IMG/VR virus record: IMGVR_UViG_3300042923_000692
Location: 1-26,708 of that record
Source: a virus
Lineage: Duplodnaviria > Heunggongvirae > Uroviricota > Caudoviricetes
DNA length: 26,708 nt
Direction: 5' to 3' (one strand)
A model generated the notes under the pieces. That model had not been told where the DNA came from and did no database searches. It worked only from the letters and a program-made list of their open reading frames with translations. Position numbers and translations under genes: made by a program. Shown one piece after another: positions 1-7,512 of the stretch. Numbering within the stretch: position 1 is the stretch's first letter; each line of letters starts with the position of its first letter.

Positions 1-329
1 CCAGTATCGCGAATGTCGACCGCGGCCTTGGTGCCCTGGACTTCGTGATTGCTCGTGCCGGGTACGGCGACTGTTCCCGCGGAGGAAATGCGATACCAAG
101 TAACGCCGTTCCAAACGCGAGTGTCGTAGACACGTCGACCGTTGATGTTGCCAGCGGTGACATAGCGCGAACGGAAGATAGCTTCCTGCTCGGCGTAGGT
201 CCGGATGGCCGACGACACGATGATGTGCAAGCCGAAGCGTGCAAAGAAAGCCGCATCGAGTCGATTGATCTGGTAGAGCATGTACGGCGTTAGCCGCTGC
301 CCATCTCGAGTTACGAAAGTGAGAGACAT
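1..329 (-). CDS. Endolysin, N-terminal peptidase M15-type domain (runs off window edge; not in ORF track)
   Basis: Manual translation from ATG at 329: MSLTFVTRDGQRLTPYMLYQINRLDAAFFARFGLHIIVSSAIRTYAEQEAIF...AVPGTSNHEVQGTKAAVDIRDT. Shows the S-x-x-R-x-Y-x-EQ, PGTSNH and AVDI motifs of M15 Zn peptidases. Starts 2 nt after the upstream stop. Confidence 0.8.
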   Translation of the reverse strand, partial: MSLTFVTRDGQRLTPYMLYQINRLDAAFFARFGLHIIVSSAIRTYAEQEAIFRSRYVTAGNINGRRVYDTRVWNGVTWYRISSAGTVAVPGTSNHEVQGTKAAVDIRDT

Positions 330-331
330 GA

Positions 332-610
332 TTAGACCTCAACCAATTCGTGGTCGATCATGTCGTCACCATCGGAAACATACACAGTGTCCTTGAGCTT
401 AACGCCCGTGACAAAGATCACATTGTCGAAAGCGTCGAGTCCATAAGAGTCGGTCTTGCCGTCACCGTTGATGTCAACGTTGGACGGAAGAAGAGGATTG
501 GCAACGCCGTCCTCACGCCAGGCGATGAGCACTTCACGGATCGCGATATAGTCTTCCCTAGAGAGGAAGCTCGCAGCCGACTTGTTGACTGGTTCCGATG
601 AGTTGGTCAT
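332..610 (-). CDS. Hypothetical 92-aa protein with EF-hand-like DINGDGKTD loop
   Basis: ORF; start reassigned to ATG 610 (GCAGGTGAAAGCC-ATG); abuts endolysin start. Confidence 0.65.
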   Translation of the reverse strand: MTNSSEPVNKSAASFLSREDYIAIREVLIAWREDGVANPLLPSNVDINGDGKTDSYGLDAFDNVIFVTGVKLKDTVYVSDGDDMIDHELVEV

Positions 611-701
611 GGCTTTCACCTGCTTTCCTAATAGTTTCGTAAAGATGTATAACACTTGTTGACGACTTCTACAGAGTTAAGTAAAAGTGTATAACGCGTG
701 T

Positions 702-783
702 TGGTGGGTCCACCTGGATTCGAACCAGGGCGTGGTATACCTGATTTACAGTCAGGCGCGTTCGTCCTCTCCGCCATAGACCC
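702..783 (-). tRNA. tRNA-Tyr (GUA), CCA encoded
   Basis: Acceptor stem GGGTCTA/TGGACCC, anticodon arm CCTGA-CTGTAAA-TCAGG, T arm CCTGG-TTCGAAT-CCAGG, discriminator A + CCA. Confidence 0.92.
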
Positions 784-870
784 ATTGAAGCAACCCGTAC
801 GACCGCTGCATAGTGCAAAGGTCTCTTAAAAAATCTCCCCCGGGGCATTTTTGGGGAGGGAAGCGATGCA

Positions 871-902
871 GGAGGGGGGTCACTTTTACGAGACCCCCCT
901 CC
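871..902. repeat. Perfect 11-bp inverted repeat with 10-nt spacer; candidate cos/packaging site
   Basis: GGAGGGGGGTC (871-881), ACTTTTACGA, GACCCCCCTCC (892-902); intergenic; neighbouring CCCCGGGG palindrome (838-845) flanked by A/T tracts. Confidence 0.5.
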
Positions 903-936
903 CCCCATCGCGTGTCGCGACAGATTTCGTCGATCG

Positions 937-1203
937 TTAAGCTGCGACAGATCCCATTACAGAATCTGGGGAGACTTTACGATGCATTCCAGAAGCATTC
1001 TCAGTAACGATTTCATCAATCGCCTTGATAATGTCTAGCTCCTGGTCATACTCGGACAGCTCGTTACTACTGACAGTTACCCTAGCGAGCAATGCATTAC
1101 TGTAGTAGCCGTGTGCCTCGTCAAAGGCCAGCCACTCATCGTAATGAGTGAAAGGCGACCAAGGATTGTCGATAGTTGTAAGCATCACATCGTCGATAGC
1201 CAT
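937..1203 (-). CDS. Conserved small phage protein (LTTIDNPWSPFTHYDEW motif)
   Basis: RBS GAAAGGAG before ATG 1203; motif recalled from 1706-like phages, where it follows the large HTH protein. Confidence 0.75.
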   Translation of the reverse strand: MAIDDVMLTTIDNPWSPFTHYDEWLAFDEAHGYYSNALLARVTVSSNELSEYDQELDIIKAIDEIVTENASGMHRKVSPDSVMGSVAA

Positions 1204-1214
1204 AGTCACTCCTT

Positions 1215-3998
1215 TCACTTGAGTGCGTCGTTGAGGGTGGAGGCGGGTACTCCAAGCATGTCAGCAATCTCACTCTGAGGATAGCCATTAGCCTCCAGCT
1301 GTCGAGCACGGAGGATCTTAGCATCACTCATAACAGTACGCTCACGAGGGGTAGCCAGTTGACGTACCTGATCCATGTCAGCATTCTGTAGGATAGCTGT
1401 CAGCTTGTTGGTAGTGATAGCACCTGCCTGGATGGCATCCCATTCACGCTGTGTGAACGTGATTACTTCCTTGCCTGCACCAACACGGGCTCTAGCCTCA
1501 TTAAGCGCTAGAGCCTTCTCCTTCTTGAGATCATCCTTGTCCATGTCAGGGTTTGCCTGCTTACGGGCCTGGATCATAGTGTTGGCTAGCAGCTGAGCTT
1601 GCCTCTCACGAGGAGCATTCATCTGTGCTGTACGCAGCTTGGCGTTGAGGGTACCCACTTCTTCGGCATAGGTCTTTCTAGCGGACTCGCTATAGAGACG
1701 GGGCTTAGTAAGGATGTACTCTTTACGGGCTGCGTTAGCAAGGGACTTCATCTTGTTGGCGTGATCTGCATAAACGTTCTCAATAGGAGTGTTCCTATCA
1801 GAGATCAGCGAACGTGCATCCTCAGCCTCGTCCATCTTAGTAGAACGGGACTGCTTACGCACAGTGGACACAGTCTCTACACCAGTACGCTTGTTCACCT
1901 TAGTGACCGTATACTCTTTACCGGTGGGGGTATGAATCCGCTTTCCGGTAGCAGGGTCTACGTTGCGTGTAGTGAGAGTGGTAGCATCCTTACGCTCGTC
2001 TACATACTGCGTAGACTTAGCCTTAGAGATGAGTGTAGAAGCGCCGGCCTTGGGGCCGCCCTGATATTTAGTCTTTAGCTCAGAGATGTTGTTGTCTAGA
2101 GCCGACTGACGGAAGTTGAGGTTGTGCTTTTCAGCATCGATTACAACCATCGAATGACGCACCGCACGAGCAATCTCGTTGTCGTTTGCGCCCTTGATCG
2201 TCATATCAGTGATGAGATTCGAGATGTCACCCATCTGCTTCTGCTTACCCTTAGGCGTGAGCCCATTGGGGCGATCCATCTTGTAGGTCGTCTGAGGATC
2301 GAAGTTCTTCAGACCAGCAAGGGAACCCTTTGTCTTGACACTCTTGTTGTTGTTCGGGATTACCAGGACGGTGTCGCCGTCGAAGTCAGCTCCAGAAAGG
2401 CGAGCAGCAACCCTAGAGTTAATGCCAACCGCATCCGCTGCATTTTTGATAACACGATTCGCCTCTCTGTTGCGGTTATTAACCACCAGCTCAGGAATCT
2501 CGAATATACCACCATGGGGATGGCGAACGAGAACTACGGTTTCACCATCACGATAGTTAGGTGCGTAGATTTCGTTATCCTTCAGACTGTTGATCGGAAG
2601 AATAACCTGATTCCTTGTGCGAGGGAGACCTGCGGCTTTGAGATGCTTAGCCGAAGAATCCGCGCCATCGGCGAACTCCTTGAGGAGCTGCTTCTTGACT
2701 GCCGGATTGGATAGTGCCATGATCTCGTCGAATTCAGACTTCTTAGCATCATACGAGAGACCGAGCTGCTTCTTGGCCAGAGCCGGAGGCTGCTTAGAAA
2801 GCATCTGGCTGGAGAGGGTGCGAGACCACTCGTTCCAACCGCCTTCTTCACCAGATATCCGACCTTCTGTTCCAACGATGTTGATAGGCGACAGGTGCTT
2901 CTTGCCCTTAGCGTCTGTATATTCACGCTGACGAACAATAGAACCGAAGGGGAGGACTTCGTCCACCTCGCCAGTCTGCTTGTTCTTCTTAATGGGCTTC
3001 ATAGCAGCGAGCTTGTCGTCACCGATATCCGCACGCTTCTTGTTGGTGTTGAACATCATGTCGACGCCAGGCGGGAAGTCCTTGTCGTCTCCATACATCG
3101 CCATACCCTTAAGGTAGTGCGTGCCGTTCACACCGATTCGAACCTGTGCATACTGTGCTCCACCAAGGGAGATATCATCAACTCCTCGACGAAGCTGAAT
3201 GACACCATCCATATCCGCGCCGCCTTCTTCAGCGTAACGGACACCGACACGCTTAGTGTCGACATGCTGGGGAGGCTTAGTTGGAATCCACGAACGTCCG
3301 CCATCTTCGCTGTGACCAGTGACAGAACGAATCTTATCCTGGTTCTTCATGACGTCGGGGAAGGTAGTTCCAGGAGGAGCCAGAACCATTGTGTTGGTGT
3401 TCTTTCCTGTGCCCAGCTGTTGGACAGGAACGTAGAAGACTTTGTAGCCTTCCTCTTCCAACGCAGCGATTGCTACTTTCTTCTTGGACTCGGCAATACC
3501 GAGATGAGCCTCAGTACCCTTACCGATGTCAAGATATCCATCATCGCCGAGCATGCGCTTAAGCTCGCCGGCAGTAGCCATGATGATATCGTTGCGCTCA
3601 CGAAGCGAAGGGTTAAGAAGGGAGCGAACCGAAGATTCCGGAATACCCATCTGCTTACCGATCGCAACATTGGACATGCCCTTGTTGCGCAGGTTGATGG
3701 CGTTGGTGATATCGGCTTCGCGATTCTGGGACTTGGCGATAGCCTTCAGTGCACGGATATCCGAAGACGAAGCGCGAGGGTTGTCGGGAAAGATCGCCTT
3801 AGCAATCTCAGCCTCAGACATACCACCCTTGGCCATGTCGTCCACATACTGAAGGAATCCCTTGTTGCGCTGGTAAGGTGTTTCACCAGAACCCCAAGGA
3901 TAACGACCGGACTTACGAAGAACTCCTTCGTGAGAGAGTTCTCCATTCTCTGAACGCTCAGCGAAGAGACGGTCAAAGAGATCAAGCGAGGTTTCCAT
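1215..3998 (-). CDS. Single-subunit two-barrel (DPBB) RNA polymerase candidate, RdRP/YonO-like, with N- and C-terminal HTH domains
   Basis: RLSGADFDGDTVLVIP (D538-D542, nt 2373-2387); VLVRHP (R492); AQVRIG...YLKGMA (Q285/R287/K297); HTH-like segments at ~aa 99-128 and at the C-terminus (YPQSEIADMLGVPASTL); RBS AAAGGG. Confidence 0.82.
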   Translation of the reverse strand: METSLDLFDRLFAERSENGELSHEGVLRKSGRYPWGSGETPYQRNKGFLQYVDDMAKGGMSEAEIAKAIFPDNPRASSSDIRALKAIAKSQNREADITNAINLRNKGMSNVAIGKQMGIPESSVRSLLNPSLRERNDIIMATAGELKRMLGDDGYLDIGKGTEAHLGIAESKKKVAIAALEEEGYKVFYVPVQQLGTGKNTNTMVLAPPGTTFPDVMKNQDKIRSVTGHSEDGGRSWIPTKPPQHVDTKRVGVRYAEEGGADMDGVIQLRRGVDDISLGGAQYAQVRIGVNGTHYLKGMAMYGDDKDFPPGVDMMFNTNKKRADIGDDKLAAMKPIKKNKQTGEVDEVLPFGSIVRQREYTDAKGKKHLSPINIVGTEGRISGEEGGWNEWSRTLSSQMLSKQPPALAKKQLGLSYDAKKSEFDEIMALSNPAVKKQLLKEFADGADSSAKHLKAAGLPRTRNQVILPINSLKDNEIYAPNYRDGETVVLVRHPHGGIFEIPELVVNNRNREANRVIKNAADAVGINSRVAARLSGADFDGDTVLVIPNNNKSVKTKGSLAGLKNFDPQTTYKMDRPNGLTPKGKQKQMGDISNLITDMTIKGANDNEIARAVRHSMVVIDAEKHNLNFRQSALDNNISELKTKYQGGPKAGASTLISKAKSTQYVDERKDATTLTTRNVDPATGKRIHTPTGKEYTVTKVNKRTGVETVSTVRKQSRSTKMDEAEDARSLISDRNTPIENVYADHANKMKSLANAARKEYILTKPRLYSESARKTYAEEVGTLNAKLRTAQMNAPRERQAQLLANTMIQARKQANPDMDKDDLKKEKALALNEARARVGAGKEVITFTQREWDAIQAGAITTNKLTAILQNADMDQVRQLATPRERTVMSDAKILRARQLEANGYPQSEIADMLGVPASTLNDALK

Positions 3999-4101
3999 AT
4001 TTTCCCTTTGTACAGGCGATCCTCAGTAGCTTACCTGAGAACCTCAAGAGTGGATTGTCGATATTCAGTTGTGTTCGTGGCGTTAGCCAGAGGGGTGAGA
4101 A

Positions 4102-4749
4102 CTACTTCTTCTTAGAACGAATCCGAAGTTCCCTATCGATTTCATGAACCTGAAGACTGTTGTTGGCGGCTTTGATACCCTTGATTTCGGAAACCATGAT
4201 CTTTCCACCGATAGCACCAAGTACTGCGACGGTAGTCATTTGACCCTGTCTCTGAAGAGCCGGGCTTCCTCCTGCAAGTTTGAGAGCGCCCATTGTACCG
4301 ATCATGGCCACACCAAGTCCAACACTCTGTCCGATCAGAGCCTTTCGAATGGCTCGACTCTTATCGGTAGGCCTCTCCAAAGCATATATCTTCATACGCT
4401 CGCTGGATGTGAGCAGTCCGTATTCAGACTTCTCTTTGATACCTTGATCGTCCAACTTCATTGCTATCTTTTGAGACTTAGACAGCTTCACGCCAGCCGA
4501 GGCGTTAAAGAAGATATCATTGCCGTCGGCGTTCTTAAGCCTGTTCTGAAGTTTGGCTTTGGCTGCCTGTAGTTCTGGAGTGGTCATTTTCGACCACTTA
4601 GTATCTTCAGTAGCTAGGCGATTCTTAAGCTTGTCGTAATTAGCGGCTCGAGATTTCTCAAGCTGAGCAGTCTTACGCTCAATCTTACGCTTTCCCCACT
4701 TCATACCCTTAACGCCAAAGTGGGCGAGAAAGTCATCCACATCGGTCAT
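4102..4749 (-). CDS. Phage protein with N-terminal LAHFGVKGMKWG motif and two C-terminal hydrophobic segments
   Basis: 215-aa ORF with RBS AAGG; motif typical of this phage lineage (recalled). Confidence 0.75.
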   Translation of the reverse strand: MTDVDDFLAHFGVKGMKWGKRKIERKTAQLEKSRAANYDKLKNRLATEDTKWSKMTTPELQAAKAKLQNRLKNADGNDIFFNASAGVKLSKSQKIAMKLDDQGIKEKSEYGLLTSSERMKIYALERPTDKSRAIRKALIGQSVGLGVAMIGTMGALKLAGGSPALQRQGQMTTVAVLGAIGGKIMVSEIKGIKAANNSLQVHEIDRELRIRSKKK

Positions 4750-4766
4750 TAGAGATATAGCCTTTC

Positions 4767-5363
4767 TTAACCGAAGACTTCCATACGGCGCTCGGTAATG
4801 ATTTTATCGAAGTGAAGGGTGCGACCCATGATCGTCATAATGTCAGCGCCAAGATTCTCATCCTCGAGAGAGTTCGTAATCACGACGTCATCATTCTGAT
4901 AGATACGCAGTTCGATGAATATGTCATTCGGGTTAACAGCATACTCGATACAGAAGTAGGCAGCGTAGATCTTGAGTTGATCCATCTTTGCAGTATGGAC
5001 ACCATTCTTAAGATCGTGAATCCGAAGAGTCATCAGCTTGTCCTTAGGACGCTCCCTGCGATAGGAGATTGCGTCGGCCGTACCGAACGCATTATAGCTA
5101 GCCATTAGCTGAACCTCAGGAGACATGCGGAAACCAATGGCATCATTGACATACATGTTGAGGGTCGTGCGATTAGGCGGAAGATTTAGACCGAGCTCAA
5201 TAAGCTCAGAGGCTACCGCGTGAAGACGCGTACCATGCTGAGCCGACATATGAGTTTCTAGGCGATCAAGGATCTTGTCGTCAGTGTAACGAATCCAGTG
5301 ATAGCCGGAAGCAGATAGGAACGCGTGCTTTCCTTCCAACTCGGGGTGTCTGTTAAATTTCAT
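4767..5363 (-). CDS. PD-(D/E)xK exonuclease, DUF2800/Cas4-like
   Basis: HAFLSAS..HW N-terminal motif; FGTADAI...LRIHDLKNG catalytic motifs; QLKIYAA. Confidence 0.7.
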   Translation of the reverse strand: MKFNRHPELEGKHAFLSASGYHWIRYTDDKILDRLETHMSAQHGTRLHAVASELIELGLNLPPNRTTLNMYVNDAIGFRMSPEVQLMASYNAFGTADAISYRRERPKDKLMTLRIHDLKNGVHTAKMDQLKIYAAYFCIEYAVNPNDIFIELRIYQNDDVVITNSLEDENLGADIMTIMGRTLHFDKIITERRMEVFG

Positions 5364-5384
5364 CGATTTTCTCCTTGCACGAGT

Positions 5385-5678
5385 TTACGCGGTTCCGAAG
5401 AACTCTCTAAGAGCCGACAGTACCTCGTGCTCATTCTCCGGGTAGATGCACGCAGAGAATGACATATCGCGAAGACGTTTGATCCAGTGTTCCTGGTTTG
5501 GACGAAATGGTGCGCTCTCGGTAGCTTTCACTTCGAGGCACGCCCAAGCGTCGTTAAACAAAACCAAAAGGTCAGGGAAGCCCTGACGGTAGTTGGGATC
5601 ATTCTTCATGATCACGCATCCGTTGAAGTCTCGCTCCAACCTCTTGATGAGTCTTGCCTGATAGGCACTCTCCAGCAT
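5385..5678 (-). CDS. VRR-NUC domain nuclease
   Basis: ESAYQARLIK...GFPDLLVL...LEVKA...PNQEHW pattern; RBS GAAAGGAGG. Confidence 0.85.
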   Translation of the reverse strand: MLESAYQARLIKRLERDFNGCVIMKNDPNYRQGFPDLLVLFNDAWACLEVKATESAPFRPNQEHWIKRLRDMSFSACIYPENEHEVLSALREFFGTA

Positions 5679-5738
5679 GCTTGCCTCCTTTCAAGAAACA
5701 AATGAAAAAGGCAAGACGTGAGTTGCGTCACATCCTAC

Positions 5739-5770
5739 TCCTTTCATTATAGCACGTGTGTTATTCGCTA
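5739..5770 (-). promoter_or_regulatory. Conserved phage promoter copy (class B, TATAAT-GAAAGG)
   Basis: TAGC-GAATAACACACGTGC-TATAAT-GAAAGGAG; degenerate second copy with -10 at 5825-5830. Confidence 0.6.
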
Positions 5771-6200
5771 CCCATAAAAGTGACCAAAGTTGCGAATGTT
5801 ACAAGTGTTCTCTAGCGAGATGGGATTATATAGCATGCGTAAATTGCGCTACCCACAAAAGTGACCCATTTGGTCAATTGGCCATTTATTTGGGCAAAAT
5901 CCATTAGCTCCTGGAAAAGCCCATTTTAACTACTTTCATCAAATCTATAAAAAAAAGTGACCATTTGACCATTACCCATAAAAGTGACCAAGAAAACCGC
6001 GTAATTCCGGGGTTTTTGGGCCTTAAAATCGTGGCCACTTTTGATTTCAGATTTGACCATTTGGCCACTTATTTGACCAAAACGACCTTTCGCGACGAGG
6101 CCGACCAAAATTTTCAATTTCAGATTTGACCATTTGACCGGATTTGACCGAGATTTTATGGGTAGTTTTGTCCTTTTTTTGGGCCACTTTTTGGCCATAA
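5769..6200. repeat. AT-rich iteron-like region; candidate replication origin
   Basis: TACCCAYAAAAGTGACC at 5769, 5850 and 5973; inverted GGCCACTTTT at 6033 and 6182; ATTTGACC at 5963, 6051, 6071, 6124, 6132 and 6142; no credible gene. Confidence 0.6.
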
Positions 6201-6228
6201 TCAGCCGTCCGATCGACTTATACGATCC

Positions 6229-6370
6229 CAAATGACCACCCATGTCCCACCCATGACGCCCCCAAACCACCACCATGACACCCACATGACCACCAATCTA
6301 CGGCTACGCAGCATCGAAAATGCCAATTTTTTCATAGCCCACATCGTCGCGTATCCTCCATGACCACCCA
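6229..6370. repeat. C/A-skewed short repeats ATG(A/T)C-C/A-rich
   Basis: ATGACC/CATGTC/CATGAC at ~6232, 6241, 6252, 6274, 6285 and 6359. Confidence 0.55.
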
Positions 6371-6377
6371 AAATGCC

Positions 6378-6401
6378 AAGAAGAAAGCCTCCGTAGAGGC
6401 C
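6378..6401 (-). terminator. Intrinsic terminator
   Basis: GGCCTC-TACG-GAGGCT-TTCTTCTT directly after the stop at 6410. Confidence 0.7.
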
Positions 6402-6409
6402 TCTTCTTA

Positions 6410-6565
6410 CTACTCCTTGATGGTAACTCGAGGATTGTAATGCGACATGCCGCTGTCCAGAAGAGTCTGGATGATGGCTCGAGCGCTTGCTTCTGTGTGC
6501 ATTGCGCCCGGGATGGGATCCAGATCTACGTAGACCTCCAGCATGATTCTTTTACGGTCAGGCAT
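6410..6565 (-). CDS. 51-aa cassette protein (not in track)
   Basis: MPDRKRIMLEVYVDLDPIPGAMHTEASARAIIQTLLDSGMSHYNPRVTIKE; RBS GAAAGGA; own promoter and terminator. Confidence 0.75.
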   Translation of the reverse strand: MPDRKRIMLEVYVDLDPIPGAMHTEASARAIIQTLLDSGMSHYNPRVTIKE

Positions 6566-6584
6566 GAGTTTTCCTTTCATAGAG

Positions 6585-6616
6585 AGGTATCATTATATCG
6601 TGTGTGTATTACGCGG
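6585..6616 (-). promoter_or_regulatory. Conserved phage promoter copy (degenerate)
   Basis: CCGC-GTAATACACACACGA-TATAAT-GATACC. Confidence 0.6.
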
Positions 6617-6752
6617 TCTGACGTTTCTCGTAGTTCTTGCACTCACACAGATATCCGCTGCAGTCGCCAATCACTCCTTTGTGTGTATGGGTGTTGACAG
6701 TGTGTTCGCAGTTCTTACAGATATCCCAATCTGTGGCGGACGGTCTAGCCAT
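6609..6752 (-). CDS. Small Cys/His-rich protein (47 aa)
   Basis: MARPSATDWDICKNCEHTVNTHTHKGVIGDCSGYLCECKNY...; start overlaps upstream stop. Confidence 0.6.
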   Translation of the reverse strand: MARPSATDWDICKNCEHTVNTHTHKGVIGDCSGYLCECKNYEKRQTA

Positions 6753-6939
6753 TGCTGTTTGGCCTCCTGAATAGTAGGTGATCTTGCAGAGCCGCTCGAA
6801 AACCATGAGGCAGACAATATAGCGATCCGGCGATTCGCTCTTCATCACAGCTCACCCAATAACACACATCGGGATAAGCATTCTGTCGAGCATCCATGTC
6901 AGCTTTGAGCTTCTCGTATGCTTCAAAGTTGAATGTCAC
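6745..6939 (-). CDS. Hypothetical protein (64 aa)
   Basis: GTG start in GTGA overlap with upstream stop; RBS AAGGA. Confidence 0.6.
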   Translation of the reverse strand: MTFNFEAYEKLKADMDARQNAYPDVCYWVSCDEERIAGSLYCLPHGFRAALQDHLLFRRPNSNG

Positions 6940-7205
6940 GAACGTTCCTTGCTCAGTCGATGGTACTCGGTGAAATCGACTTCGAGCTCCACGAACTTCT
7001 GTCCCCAACGACGCTTGACGGTGTGTCCACAGTCGATGCAGATGGGCGGGAGATCGAACCTGTACTTCACATCGGTGATGGTTCCGTTGAATCGACGGAT
7101 CTTGCTCATCATAAAGATGACCACGTATTCATGCTTGTGATCAGCCTTCGGCGGGGTCGTCTTCGTCGACGACTTACGGTACGGAGTTTCCTGTTCATCC
7201 AGCAT
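6936..7205 (-). CDS. Hypothetical protein with CxxC (89 aa)
   Basis: RBS TAAGGAG before ATG 7205; CIDCGH. Confidence 0.65.
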   Translation of the reverse strand: MLDEQETPYRKSSTKTTPPKADHKHEYVVIFMMSKIRRFNGTITDVKYRFDLPPICIDCGHTVKRRWGQKFVELEVDFTEYHRLSKERS

Positions 7206-7232
7206 GATGCTCCTTAGGGAAAAGATATTGTC

Positions 7233-7260
7233 AAAAGAAGAAAGACCCATGGGCTGGGTC
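7233..7260 (-). terminator. Intrinsic terminator
   Basis: GACCCA-GCCCA-TGGGTC-TTTCTTCTTTT. Confidence 0.7.
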
Positions 7261-7268
7261 TAACTCCG

Positions 7269-7460
7269 TTACTTCTCTTCGTGGTTGATCTTGGCCATAC
7301 GTTCTTCGTGCTCGTATCGCATCTTCTGCTGCTTGAGGAGCTGACGGTTGTGAACGTAGTTGTTGATGGTTCCGTGGAACGGAATTCCGAAGAACAATAC
7401 GTATGCACCGAGAGTGCCGGCAGCAGCGACGATGATCGTCTGCTTGGTGGTTGAATCCAT
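7269..7460 (-). CDS. Small membrane cassette protein (63 aa)
   Basis: One hydrophobic helix plus charged tail; RBS GAAAGGA; own promoter. Confidence 0.75.
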   Translation of the reverse strand: MDSTTKQTIIVAAAGTLGAYVLFFGIPFHGTINNYVHNRQLLKQQKMRYEHEERMAKINHEEK

Positions 7461-7480
7461 GGTGATGATTCCTTTCAGAG

Positions 7481-7512
7481 GGGTGTCATTATATGCCTTG
7501 TGATTAGTGCGA
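7481..7512 (-). promoter_or_regulatory. Conserved phage promoter (class A)
   Basis: TCGC-ACTAATCACAAGGCA-TATAAT-GACACCC. Confidence 0.8.

Noticed and set aside
669-908. 79-aa minus-strand ORF
   Set aside because: Overlaps the tRNA and the inverted repeat; low-complexity translation
2895-3953. Long plus-strand ORFs (352 aa here; also 9713-10660, 12903-13646, 13631-14320 and others)
   Set aside because: Antisense shadows of motif-bearing minus-strand genes, with no RBS or recognisable domains
4767-5363. Cas4 as evidence of a CRISPR-Cas system
   Set aside because: Lacks an evident four-Cys Fe-S set, has no other cas genes nearby, and fits a stand-alone phage PD-(D/E)xK nuclease
5926-6285. 119-aa minus-strand ORF in the repeat region
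   Set aside because: Its repetitive GQM/KSG content simply translates the DNA repeats; no RBS
7206-7235. TTGACA on the minus strand upstream of 7205 as a sigma-A promoter
   Set aside because: No -10 hexamer at 16-18 nt spacing; overlaps the terminator U-tract
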